From the human T2T-CHM13v2.0 reference genome, Homo sapiens, in the NCBI RefSeq assembly GCF_009914755.1, contig NC_060947.1: 64,000 nucleotides of DNA; one strand, written 5' to 3'. This document shows, one piece after another, positions 1 through 13,850 of the stretch. The position numbers and the translations under genes were made by a program. Numbering within the stretch: the stretch's first letter is position 1; every line of letters begins with the position of its first letter. A model generated the notes under the pieces. That model was not told the DNA's origin. It saw nothing but the letters and a program-made list of their open reading frames with translations, and did not search any database.

Positions 1-843
1 TGTTTTCTTCTTTATTAGTCTGGCTAATGGTCTATTTTGTTAATCTTTTCAAAAAACCAGATCCTGGGTTCATTGATTTTTTGAAGGGTTTTTCTTGTCT
101 CCATCTCCTTCAGTTCTGCTCTGATCTTAGTTGTATCTTGTCTTCTGCTAGCTTTTGAATTTGTTTGTTCTGGCTTCTCTAGTTCTTTTAATTGTGATGC
201 TAGGGTTTCAATTTTAGATCTTTTATGCTTTCTCCTGTGGGCACTTAGTGCTATAAATTTCCCAGTAAACACTGTTTTAGCTGTGTCCCAGAGATTCTGA
301 TACAGTATGTGTTTGTTCTCATTGGTTTAAAAGAAGTGATTTATTTTTGCCTTATTTTCATTATTTACCCAGTAGTCATTCAGGAGCAGGTTGTTCAATA
401 TCCATGTAGTTTTGCTGTTTTGAATGAGTTTCTTAAACCTAAATTCTAATTTGATTGCACTGCAGTCTGAGAGACTGTTTGTTATGATTTCTGTTCTTTT
501 GATTTTGCTGAGGAGTGTTTTACCTCCGATTATGTGGTCAGTTTTAGAATAAGTGCGATGTGGTGCTGAGAATGCATATTTTGTTGATTTGGGGTGGAGA
601 GTTCTGTAGATGTCTACTAGTTCTGCTTGGTCCAGAGCTGAGTTCAAGTCCTGAATATCCTTGTTTATTTTCTGTCTCGTTGATCTAGTATTGACTAGTG
701 GGGTGTTAAAGTCTCCCATTATTATTGTGTGGGAGTCTAAGTCTCTTTGTAGGCCTCTAAGAACTTGCTTTATGAATCTGTGTGCTCCTGTATTGGGTGC
801 ATATATATTTAGGATAGTTAGCTCTTCTTGTTGCATTGATCTC
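1..843 (-). mobile_element. LINE-1 ORF2 fragment (endonuclease region), L1PA-type, degenerate
   Basis: ORFs 327..836 ([30 protein letters not shown]) and 24..272 ([22 protein letters not shown]) are L1 ORF2p motifs broken by stops and frameshifts. Confidence 0.93.
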
Positions 844-1152
844 TAGGGACTTCTTATTTGTGTTTCATAGAAAATGAACCTGAGACTCAAGAAAATTAAA
901 TAGCTTTTTAAAAATACACATCTGATAAATGGTTGAACTTGGATGAATGCCATCAAATGCATTATCAATGTTATGATTTTTCTCAAGCTTTTTCCTCCAT
1001 AATTGTTCAGATACATTTCACATACCATAAAATGCACTCTAAATTTAAAGTATACAGTTTAATCGTTTATAGAATATTAAAAGAATTGTGTGCAGTCATA
1101 ACCTTTATATTAGTTTAGAAAATTGCCAACACCTCTAAAATAAATTTCATAC

Positions 1153-3404
1153 TGATATGGTTTGGCTTTGTGTCCTCACCCAAATCTCTCTTGAATTATA
1201 ATCCTGTCATCTCCTCCTGTGGTGGGAGGGACCTGGTGGAAGGTAATTGAATAATTGTGGTGGTTTCCCCTTTGGTATTCTCGTGATAGTCAGGAAATTC
1301 TGGTGAGATTTAATGGTTTTATAAGGGGCTTCCCCATTTGTTTGGCTCTCATTCTTCTCCTTTCTGCTGTCACATGAAGAAGGACATGTTTGTTTCCCAT
1401 TTCACCATGATCGTAAGTTTCTTGATGCCTCTCCAGCAATGCTGAACTGTGAGTCAATTAAACCTCTTTCTTTATAAATTACCAAGTCTTGGCATGTCTT
1501 TATTAGCAGTGTGAAAACAGACTAATAAAGTAAATTTGTACTGAGGGAGTGGTGTGCTGCTATGTGAATATTAAAAAAGGTGAAAGTGACTGAGGAACTG
1601 TATAACAGGCAGACGTTGGAACAGTTTAGAGGACTCAGAAGAAGACAGGAAACTGTGGGAAAGTTTGGAACTTCCTGGAGACTTCTTGAATGGCTTTGAC
1701 CAAAATTCTGATAGTGATATGGACAATGAAGTCCAGGCTGAAATAGTCTCAGATGGAGATGAGAAACTTGTTGGAAACTGGAGTAAAGATCACTCTTATT
1801 TTGCAGAGACTGGTGGCATTTTGCTTCTGCTCTGGAGATCTGTGAAACTTTAAACGGAAGAGAGAAGATTTAGGGTATCTAGCAGAATAAATTTCTAAGT
1901 GGCAAAACATTCAAGAGGAAGCAGAGCATAAAAGTTTGGAAAATTTGCAGCCTGATGATGAAATATAAAAGGAAACTCCTTTTTCTGGGGAGAATTTAAG
2001 GCAGCTGAAGAACTTTGCATAAGTAATGAAGAGCCGAAGGTTAATCACCAAGACAATAATGAAAATGTCTCCAGGGCATGTCAGAGGCTTTTGCTGCAGA
2101 CCTTCCTGTCATAGGCCTGGAGGCCTAGGGGGAAAAATTGTTTCATGGGCTGGATCCAGGGACCTCCTGCTGTGTTCAGCCTTTGGACTTGATGCCCTAT
2201 GTCCCAGCTCTTCCAGCTCAGGCTGTTACTTCAGAGGGTGCAAGCCCCAAGCCTTGGCAGCTTCCACATGGTTTTGGGCCTGCAGCTGTACAGAAGTCAA
2301 AAATTGGGCTCTGGTAACCTCCACCCAATTCTCAGAGGATGTATGGAAAAACCTGGATGTCCAGCCAGAAGTTTACTGCCAGGGTGGAGCCCTCATGGAG
2401 AACCTCTGTTAGGGCAGTGGGAAAAATAAATGTGAGGTTGGAGCCCCCACACAGAGTCTTCCCTGAGGCACTGCCTAGTGGAGTTGTGAGAAGAGGGCCA
2501 CCATCCTGCAGACCACAGAATGGTAGATTCACCAACAGCTTGCACCGTGTACCTGGAAAAGACTCAGACACTCAATGCCAGCCATGAAAGCAGCCAGGAG
2601 GGGGGCTGTACCCAGCAAAGCCACAAGGGTGGAGCTGCCCAAGACCATGGGAGCCCCCCTTTTGCATCAGTGTGCCCTGGATGTGAGACCTGGAGTCAAA
2701 GGACATCATTTAAAAACTTTAAGTTTTAATGACTGCCCTATTGGATTTTGGACTTGCATGGGACCTGTAGCCCCTTTGTTTTGGTCAGTTTCTCCCATTT
2801 GCAGTGGTATTTTTGCCCAATGCCTGTACCCCTACTGTATGTAGGAAGTAACAAACTTGCTTTTGATTTTGCATGCTTATAGGTGGAAGGGTTTTGTCTT
2901 GTCTCAGATGAGAATTTGGACTTACTTAGACATTTAGGTTAATGCTGGAATGAGTTGAGATTTTGGGGGACTGTTGGAAAGGCATGGTGTTTTGAAATGT
3001 GAAGGCATGACCTTTGGGAGGGGCAGAGGTGGAATGATATGGTTTGGCTTTGTATTTCCACACAAATCTCATCTTGAATTGTAATCCCATAATCCCCACG
3101 TGTAGTGGGAGGAAGCCAGTGGGAGGTAATTGAGTTTTGGGGTGGTTTTCTGCATGCTATTCTCATGATTGTAAGTTCCCATGAGATCTTATGGTTTTAT
3201 AAGGGGCTTTCCCTTTTGCTCATCTCTCACTTTTCTCCTTGCTGGCACCTTGTGAAGAAGGACATGTTTGCTTCTCTTTCTGCCATGATTGTAAATTTCC
3301 TGAGGCCTCCTCAGCCATGCTGAACTCTGAATCAATTAAAGTTCTTTATAAATTACCCGGTCTCAGGTATGACTTTAGTAGCAGTGAGAGCATAGAATAA
3401 TACA
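1153..3404 (+). mobile_element. Full-length THE1 (MaLR) element: 5' LTR 1153-1529, internal 1530-3034, 3' LTR 3035-3404
   Basis: Both LTRs start TGATATGGTTTGGCTTTG and end AATAAA/AATACA. A purine tract precedes the 3' LTR. Perfect 5-bp TSD CATAC at 1148-1152 and 3405-3409. Confidence 0.93.
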
Positions 3405-4500
3405 CATACAGTCATTAGCGGTCATTCATTTCCACTACATCTCTGCTTACCCTGCTTCCCAATAACTAGTTTATTTTAATATTTTCATGTATTTGATTGT
3501 TTTGTACATTTATCATCAATGAAACAATACAGTTTTTGGTCTCTTGTGACTGACTTCTTTCACTTATAATGTTTTCAAAGTTTATTCATTCCGTAGCATG
3601 TATCAGTACTTTATTTCTTTATAAGACGGAATAATTTACTTTTATGTGTGGGAACAAGAATAATGCATTTCTCTTTTTCAATTTAACTTTATTTTAGACA
3701 GGGATATGCATGTGCAAATTTGTGACATTGGTATATTACACCCATATAGTGAGCAGAGTATGCAACCCACTCTCCTCTTCCTCCCCCAACACCGTAGTGG
3801 TCTCCAGTATCTACTGTTGCCATTGTTATGTCTATGAATACCAAATGTGTAGCACCCATTTATAAGTGAGAGCATGCAATATTTGGTTTTCTGTTCTTTC
3901 ATTAATTTGTTTAGGATAATGGCCTCCAGCTGCATCCATGTTGCTGCAGAGGACCTGATCTCATTTTTTTAATGGTTGCATAGTATTCCATGGTGTGCAT
4001 GTACCACATTTTCCTTATTCAATCCACCATTGATGAGCACCTAGGTTTATTCCCTGTTTTTGCTATTATTAATAGCACAGTGATGAACGTATAAAGGTAT
4101 GTGTCTTTTTGGTATAATGATCTATTTTGCAGGGGGAAGGGGCACATATACCCAGTAATGAGATTGTGGGTCAAATAGTAACTGTCTTTTAATTTTTTTT
4201 GAGACATAAATGTCATTTCTATATTTTGAAGAATCCAATTATACATTCTGTTTTTATACTAGATATATTATAAAATTATAAAACTGCAGCAGAAATCCAG
4301 AGACAGTTTTTTCGTTTTTTGCTTTTTTTGGTTTTTTGTTTTTGTTTCAGTTTTTTTTTTTTTTTTTTTAATTTGAAGCTTAATTTCTTGGAGAAATCTA
4401 CAAACTGCTTTTCAGAACGGCTGAACTAATTTACATTCTGGCAACGGTGTATAAACATTCCCTTTTCTCCACAGCCTTACCAGCATCTGTTGTTTTTTGA

Positions 4501-4876
<376 letters not shown>

Positions 4877-7030
4877 TCATCATGGTTTTAATTTGCATTT
4901 ATCTGGTGATAAGTGATAATGGGGATTTTTTTCATGTTTTTGGCCACTTGTGTGTTTTTTTTAAAGAAGTGTCTGTTCATTTTCTTAGCATATTTTTGAT
5001 GGAGTTGTTTTCTGCTTGTTGATGTGTTCAGTTTCTTATACATTCTGGATAGTAGACCTTTTACAGATCCACAGTTTGTGAATATTTTTCCAGAAATAAA
5101 GTCTACACAATCATAGTCGATTTGCTTTTGATATGCCGCTGGATTAGGTTTGCTAATATGTTGTTGAGGATTTTTGCATCTATGTTCATCAGGGACATTG
5201 TCTTAAAGTTCTTTTTATTGGTTGTGTCTTTGTCTGATTTTAGTATTAGGCTGATACTGGCTTCATAGAATGAGTTAGGGAGGAGCCTCCTCAATTTATT
5301 GAAATAGCTTCAGTAAGATTGGTACTAGTTTTTCTTTGTACATCTGGTGGAATTCAGCTGTAAATTAATCTAGGGCTTTCTTTTTTTAATTGGTATTTTT
5401 TTTAATAACTAAATCAATTTCTGAATTTGATATTGGTAAAGTTAGTGTTTCAATCTCTTTCTAGTTCAGTCTCGGGAGATTGTGTGATTCCATGAATTTG
5501 TTCATCTTCTCTAGATTTTCTAATTTGTGTGCATAGAGTTGTTTATAGTATGCTCTGAGGATCTTTTCTGTTTCTCTGGGTTCAGCTGTAATGTCATCTT
5601 TGTCATTTCTGATTGCATGTTTTTGGATCTTCTGTTTTTTTCTTTGTTAATCTAGCTGGCAGTATATTAATTATTTAAAGAAGCAACTTTTGGTTTCATT
5701 GGCCTTTTAAATAAATTTTTGCATCTCAGTTTCATTCAGTTCTTCTCTAATTTTAGTTATTTCTTTTCTTCTGCTAGATTTTGAGTTGTTCTTTTTATTC
5801 TACTTCCTTTAGGTGCAACGTGAGATTATTAATTTGAGATCTTTTCAACTTCTTGTTGGAGGTGGTTAGTGCTATAAACTTTTATCTTAATACTGCTTTA
5901 GCTACATCTCAGAGATTTTGGTACGTTGTGTCCCTATTTTCATTAACTTCAATGTATTTTAAAATTTCTGCCTTAATTTCAATGTTCACTTAAGAGTTAT
6001 TCAGGAGCAAGTTGTTTGATTTCCATGAAATTTTGTAGTTTTGAGACATCTTCTTTATATTCATTTTTATTTTTATTGCACTGTGACCTGAGAGTATGCT
6101 TGGTATAATTTCAATTTTTTAAATTTATTGAGACTTGCTTTATGATTAAGTTTATGATTTATCTTAGAATATGTTTTGTGTGCAGATGAGAAGAATGTAT
6201 ATATTCTGATTATTTTGTGGAGAATTCCACAGGTGCTTATTAGGTACAATTGGTAAAGTGTTGAATTTAATTTCAGAGTTTATTTGCTAGTTTTCTGCCT
6301 CAATGATATGTCTAATGTGCTGCTGATGTTTCCCACTATTGTGGTGTGGTTGTCTATTTTTGTTTGTAGGATAAGAAGAGCTTGCTTTATGAATCTGGGT
6401 GTTCCAATGTCGGATGCATATATATTTAGTATAATTATGTTTTCTAGTTGGATTGTATCCTTTGTCATTATGTAATGTCCTTATTCATGCTTCTTTTTAG
6501 CTTAAAATCTGTTTTATGGGATATAAGAATAGCAACTCTTGCTTTTTTTTATTTTGTTTTCTGTTTGTATGGTAGATCTTACTCCATCTCTTTTCTTTGG
6601 TCCTATTTGTGCCCTAACATATGAAATGCGTCTCAGGGAGACAACAGATAATTTGGTCTTGTCTTTTTATTCAGCCTGTCACTCTGTGTTTTTTAAGTGA
6701 GGCATTTAGCTTGTTTACATTCAAGGTTAGTATTGATATGTGCAATTTTGATCCTGTCATTGTGTTGTTAGCTGGTTGTTACCATATCCTCAAAATACAT
6801 TTTCCAAGTTGTTTATTCTCTCTCCTTATCTCCCAAGAATGCCAACAATTCAAAGAGTTGGTCTCTACATAATCCTATATTTCTTGGATGTTTTATTCAC
6901 TTTTTAAAATTATTTTTTCTTTATTTTTGACTAATCGATTTGAAGAATCTGTTTTCAAGCTCAGAGATTCTTTCCTCAGCTTGGTCTATTCTGCTGTTGA
7001 TAGTGCTGATTCTATTAAAAATTCTTGTAA

Positions 7031-9276
7031 AGAGGAATTGCCACACTGTCTTCCACAATGGTTGAACCAATTTACAATCCTGCCAACACTGTAAAAGCAT
7101 TCCTATTTCTCCACATCCTCTCCAGCATCTGTTGTTTCCTGACTTTTTTATGATTTCCATTCTAACTGGCATGAGATAGCATTTCATTGTGGTTTTGATT
7201 TGCATTTCTCCAATGACCAGTGATGATGAGCTTTTTTTTCATATGTTTGTTGGCTGCATACATGTCTTCTTTTGAGAAGTGTCTGTTCATATCCTTCACC
7301 CACTTTTTGATGTGATTGGTTTTTCTTGTAAATTTGTTCAAGTTCCTTGTAGATTCTGGATATTAGCCCTTTGTCAGATGGATAGATTGCAAAAATTTTC
7401 TCCCATTCTGTAGGTTGCTGTTTCACTCTAATGATAGTTTCTTTGGCTGTGCAGAAGCTCTTTAGTTTAATTAGATCCTATTTGTCTATTTTGCCTTTTG
7501 TTGCCATTGCTTTTCGTGTTTTAGTCATGAAGTCTTTGCCCATGTCTATGTCCTGAATGGTATTGCCTAGGTTTTCTTCTAGGATTTTTATGGTTTTAAG
7601 CCTTATACTTAAGTCTTTAATCCATCTTGAGTTAATTTTTGTATAAAGTGTAAGGAAAGGGTCTAGTCTTAGTTTTCTGCATGTGGCAAGCCAGTTTTCC
7701 AAACACCATATATTAAATAGGGAATCCTTTCCCCATTTCTTGTTTTTGTCAAGTTTGTCAAAGATCAGATGGTTGTAGATGTGTGGTGTTATTTCTGAGG
7801 GTTCTATTCCACTGGTCTATATATCTGTTTTGGTACCAGTACCATGTTGTTTTGTTTCCGTAGCATCGTAGTATAGTTTGAAGTCAGGTAGTGTGATGTC
7901 TCCAGCTTTGTTTTTTTTGTTTTTTTTGTTTTTTTTTTTTGCTCAAGATTGTCTTGGCTATGTGGGTGCTTTTTTGGTTCCATATAAAATTTAAAGTAGT
8001 TTTTTTCCTAACTCTTTGAATAAAGTCAATGGTAGCTTGATGGGGATGGCATTGAATCTATGAATTACTTTGGGCAGTATTGCCATTTTTATGATATTGA
8101 TTCTTTTTATCCATGAGTATGGAATGTTTTTCCATTTATTTCCTTGAGCAGTGGTTTGTTATTCTCCTTGAAGAGGTCCTTCACATCCCTTGCAAGTTGG
8201 ATTCCTAGGTACTTTATTCTCTTAGTAGCAATTGTGAATGGGAATTCACTTATGATTTGGCTCTCTGTTTTTCTATTAATGGTGTGTAAAAATGCTTGTG
8301 ATTTTTGCACGTTGATTTTGTATCCTGAGACTTTGCTGATTTGCTTATCAGCTTAAAGAGATTTTGGGCTGTGACTATTGGGTTTTCTAAATATACAATT
8401 ATGTAATCTGCAAACAGAGACAATTTGAATTCCTGTCTTCCTATACTGAATACCCTTTATTTCTTTCTCTTGCCTGATTGCCCTTGCCACAACTTCCAAT
8501 ACTATGTTGAATAGGAGTGGTGAGAGAGGGCATCCTTGTCTTGTGCCAATTTCCAAAGGGAATGCTTCCAGTTTTTGCCCGTTCACTATGATATTGTCTG
8601 TGGGTTTGTCATAAATAGCCTTTATTATTTTGTGATACATTTCATCAGTACCTAGATTATTGAGAGTTTCTAGCATGAAGGGGTGTTGAATTTTGTGGAA
8701 GGTGTTTTCTGCATCTATTGAGATGATTATGTGGTTTTTGTCATTCGTTCTGTTTATGTGATGGATTACATTTATTGATTTGCTATGTTGAACCAGCCTT
8801 GCATCCCAGAAATGAAACCGACTTGTTCTTCATGGATAAACTTTTGATGTGCTGCTGGATTCCGTTTGCTAGTATTTTATTGAGGATTTTTGCATCAACA
8901 TTCATCAGAGATATTGGCCTGAAATTTTGTTGTGTTTCTGTCAGGTTTTGGTATCAGGATGAAACTGGCCTCATAAAATGAGTTAGGGAGGAGTCCCTCT
9001 TTTTCTGTTGTTTGGAATAGTTTCAGAAGGAATGATACCACCTCTTCTTTGTACCTGTGGTAGAATTCAACTGTGAATCCATCTGGTCCTAGGCTTTTTT
9101 TGTTGTTGTTGTTAGGCTATTAATTACTGCCTCAATTTCAGAACTTGTTATTGTTCTATTCAGGGAATCAACTTATTCCTGGTTTAGACTTGGGAAAGTG
9201 TATGCATCCAGGAATTTATCAATTTCTTCTAGATTTTCTAGTTTATTAGTGTAGAGGTGTTTATAGTATTCTCTGA
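7031..9276 (-). mobile_element. Younger L1PA internal ORF2 segment (RT to C-terminus), without 3' UTR or poly(A), nested in the older L1 ORF1
   Basis: [50 protein letters not shown]. The host ORF1 resumes on both sides. Confidence 0.85.
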
Positions 9277-11099
9277 GTTTTTTACTTATAGAAAATCAGT
9301 TTGTTTTTTTTCTTAAAATGGCTACTTTGTGTTTCATCTCTTGGATTGTTTTACTGGGATCCCTGGATTCCTTGGATTGGATTTCAACTTTCTCCTGAAT
9401 CTCGATGAACTTCCCTGCCATCCAGATTTTGAATTCTGACTGTCTTTTTCATCATTTTCAACAAGTTATGAAACATTCCTGGGGAGCTAGTATACTTGTT
9501 TGAAGGTAGGAGGACACTGTGGCTTTTTGAATTGTCAGAGTTCTTGAACGGATTTCTTTTCTCATGTCCTTAATTTTACAGAAGCATATATTAGCTAAGT
9601 ATTTTTGGTGTTGTAGTTTGTGGTGCAATTCAATAGATTGTGCTAAAGAGTAATGGCTGGCAGATAGGATCTTATTTAGAGGCATGACTCTTTCATATTT
9701 CCTTATGTTTACAGTTGTGCTCTGTGGTGCAGTTGGAGAAAGGTGACTCCTTCACCAGGTCCACTCCTGAGACTTAAGGATGCCCCTCCTCTCACTGACA
9801 CTGTGCCCACGTTTCTTTTGTTAGATATTATGCACCATGGAGATCCCTTGTGCAAAGGCCAAGGAGGGGAGAGAGGCCACTTTCTGGACCCTCCCCATAG
9901 AGGGAGGCATGTCCAATTCCTGTGGCAACCCACAAACCCATGTGACTCTCCTTTCTCAGTGCTCTCATAGTATGGGCTCCTCTCCTCCATTGCCAGCCAC
10001 AGATCAGGGCTCAGCACTCCTGAGCTGTGCAACGCAGCCTTAGGGTGAACTCAGGCTTTTTGTTTCTTTCCCAGCTTGGGAGCAGCAGGGGCAGAGACCT
10101 CAGCAGTGGTGATGGCATAGGGGCCTTCACTTGTCTTCAGGAACTCCACCCCAGAGAAACACAGAGACACTACCAATGAAGACAATCACTGGTGTTGGGA
10201 TGGCTGTGCTGCGAGGCCAAGTAGGATGTGGTAAAGGTGCACTGTCTGGCAAAGAGCAGTGAGAGCAGGGGTTCAATGGAAAGTCAGTATGACCTCCTCT
10301 CTGTAGAGCAGTGGTGACATGCTGGAGGTGCCAGCAAAGCAATCAGGCTCTTTGTTCCCTCCCTAGCCTGGAGGGGAACCAGGTCAAGGGAGAAGAGTCT
10401 GGCTGATTTTGCATATGGCAGCTGCGATGTGCTGGAGGCCCAGGGCTGTTCTGCGGCTCTTTGCTCCATCCCAGAGCAATGGAGAGCTGTGACCAGCCAA
10501 AGGGCTCCAGGTGTGGGGGTGGGGAGGTGGGGTAACTTCACTGGTGTCCCAGGTTAATGAGCCTGGTCTGATAAGGTGCAGTGGTGGTGGGACCTACAAT
10601 CTATCTGCTCCTCAGCACTGTGAATGTGGTTCTTCTCCAAGGGGCACATAAGAGAGCACAACCTTCCCTGCTGGTGGAACTACAGCAGTTGGCACTGGGA
10701 TGCTCAGGGATCCAAAGCCTGTGGGGTGCCATATAGGCATGACTGGTGACTCTGATTAGACTTCAGACATCTCTCTGTGTCACTCTGGAGGCACAAGGGT
10801 GTCAGGGGAGATTTCCTGTGCCCAGGCTTGCAAAGGTCCATGGCACAAGTGTGGGTCCCAAGGGGCTCTCACTCACTCACCCTTTCCCAATGGTAGGGAG
10901 TTTTCCCTGGATCTGCACCAAAATTGGTGGGTTGCTGTCTTGTCTCATTCTTCTCTGCTCTTTGTCGGTCACATTGCTGACTTGGTGAACCCCAATATGG
11001 CCTTCTGGACAATCCACTTGAAGAGTTAGAGTTTATTAGCTACTTTCCTCCTCTCCCTAAGGGCAGCACACATTAGTTGCTTCTAGTCAGTCATCTTGG

Positions 11100-13850
11100 T
11101 GCTTCTGAATAATTTTCCATTTTATAGATTATATATTTTGCTTCTCCATTCATTAGTTAGGGACATTTGGGTTGTTTCCACTTTTTGGCTATTATAAATA
11201 CTGCTGCCACAAATGTTTCAGTACAAGTCATTATGTAAACATGTTTTCAATTTTAGGTCATATGGTAACTGTATGTTTAACTTTGTGAAGTCCTGCCAAA
11301 CTGTTTTCCAAAGTGGCTGCACCATTTTACATTTTCACTCTGTGGTTGTTTTTTTCACTTTCTTAATGATTTCCTTTGAAACACAAAATGTTCAATGTTG
11401 ATGCAGACAAATTTCTCCTTTGTTTTACTTTGTTCCTTATGTTTTTGGTGTAGTCTCAAAGAAACCATTACCTAACTCATCATCATAAAAGTTTACTCAT
11501 ATTTTCTTCTAACAGTGTTACAGTTTAGCTCATATATTTAGGTCTTCAATATATTTTGAGTTAGTTTTATGCATGGTTTGGGTAGGGGTCCAACTTCATT
11601 CTTTTTCATGTGGATAGTCAATTGTCCCAGTACCATTTGTTGAAGACTTTTCTTTCCCCAATCAACTGTGTTGGTACTCTTGTTTAAATCAATTAACCAT
11701 GAATATAAGGGTTTACTTCTGGGTTCTCAATGCAGTTTCATTGATCTATATGTTTATCCTATGCCAGGACTATACTGTCTTGACATCTGAAATCATGAAT
11801 TGTAAGTTCTTCAAATTTGTTCTTCTTTTTCAAAATGATTTTGGCTCTTCTGGCTCCCTTGCATTTCCATATACATTTTAGAATAAGTTTGTTAATTTCT
11901 GCAAAGAAGACATCTGGGATCCTTTTATTATATAAGACTGTGTTGAACTTATCGATCAATTTGGAGAATATTTTCATCTTAACAATATTAAGTGCTGTGA
12001 TCTATGTATGTTGTATGTCTTTTTATTTATTTCAGCATTTTAAAATATCTTTCAACCATGGTTTGTAGTTTTCAGCATACAGATCTTGCATTTATTTCAT
12101 TAAATTTATTCCTAGATATTTTTCCTGCTATTACATATATAAGAACATTTTCTTAATTTTAGAAATATTTATTGCCAGTGTGTAAAATTATAGCTGATTT
12201 TTTATATTGACTATGTATCCTCCAACCTTGTTGAGCTCATTTATTAATTCTAATACATTTATTGCATTCCATAGGATTTTCTATATACAAAAGTTCATGT
12301 CATCTAGAGCCAGTTTTACTTCTTCCTTTCTAATATTGATGCTTTTATTTTATTTTCTTATCTCATTTCTCTTTCTCAAACCTCCACTACGATGTTGAAT
12401 AGAAGTGATGAGAGAAAATATTGTTGTTTGCTGCCTGTTCTTAGAGGGAAATCATTTAGTTTTTCACCATTAAGTGTGATGATTACTGTGGAATTTTTAT
12501 AGATGCCTTTTATAATCTTGATGACGTTCCCTTGTAGTTTTTAGTATGTTGGCTGTTTTATCATTAAAAGTTGCTGGATTTTGTCAAATACTAATTCTTT
12601 ATCTACTGAGAGAACTATGCAGTGTTTGTTCTTTATTCTATTAGTATAATGTATCATGTTTATTGATTTTCAGCTGTTGAAATGGTCCTGCCTTCCTGGG
12701 ATAAGTCTCACTAAATTGTGTAGCATAATCCTTTTTATATGTTGCTGGATTAGGGTTACTAGTATTTTATTGAAAATTTTTGCATCTATATTGATAAGGG
12801 ATATTAGTCTATAGTTTTCTTTTTATATGTTCATGTGGTTTGGATATGAGTTTAAGACTGTCATAAAATGAGTTGAACAGTGCTGCCTTTTCTCTAACTT
12901 TTTAAAAGACTTTTTGTAGAATGGCCTTAATTCTTCTTTAAATGTTTGGGTAGAATTCAGCAGTGGAGTCATCTGGTACTTGGCTTTCCTTTGTGGTAAG
13001 TTTTAAAATTCACAATTCAACCTCTCTGCTTATTATAGTAGAAATCTATTCAGATTTTTAATATCTTCTTGAATCTGTTCCAGTAGTTTATGTCTTTCTA
13101 GGAATTTGTGCTTTTCATCTAGGTTATCTAATCATTGGCATGCAATTTTTCATTCTCCTACAATACTTTTTATTGCTATAAAGTCAATAGTAATGCCCCC
13201 TTTCATTCCAGATTTTAATTATTTGAGTGTTCTTTTTTCTTGTTCAGTCTATTTAAAAGATCACTAATTTGATCTTTTCAAATAACCAAATTTTGGATTT
13301 ATTAATTTTCTCTATTGTTTTTCTGTTCTGTGTTAATTAATTTCTGCTCTAATTGTTGTGTCCTTCCTTCTGCCTGGTAGAGTTTAGTTTGTATTAAAAT
13401 AATACAAGCTTTTAAAAATAATATAAGCTATCCCAGCCATAAATTTCTCTCTAATGACTATTTTTGTTGCATCTCTTAAGTTTTGTTACGATATGTATTA
13501 CATTTTCTTCACCTGAAAGAGTTTTTTAATTTCCCTCTTGATTTCTTCTTGATGCATTGATTATTTAGGAGAATGTTGTTTAATTTCCACATGTTTATGA
13601 AATTTCCTAATATTCTTCTCTTATTGATTTCTAATTTCATTTTATTATGGCCAGAAAACACATGAATTATGATTTCAATATTTTTAAATTTATTGTTTCA
13701 TATTTTATGATGTAGCATATGGTTTATTCTGGAGAATGTTCTATGTTTGCTTGAAGAATGTGTATTCTATTGTTGTTGGATGTAGTATAGTTGCCTTTTA
13801 TGTCTAATTGGCAGTTCATGTTGTGTGGCATGTCTTTAAATTGCATTTTT
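11100..13850 (-). mobile_element. Ancient L1M-type ORF2/3' fragment
   Basis: T-rich degenerate L1 ORF2 sequence (FAEINKLILKCIWKCKGARRAKIILKKKNK at 11759..11977). Confidence 0.75.

Noticed and set aside
2026-2844. ORFs of 70-146 aa here and at 36382-37127
   Set aside because: They are broken pieces of the THE1 internal region, not host genes.
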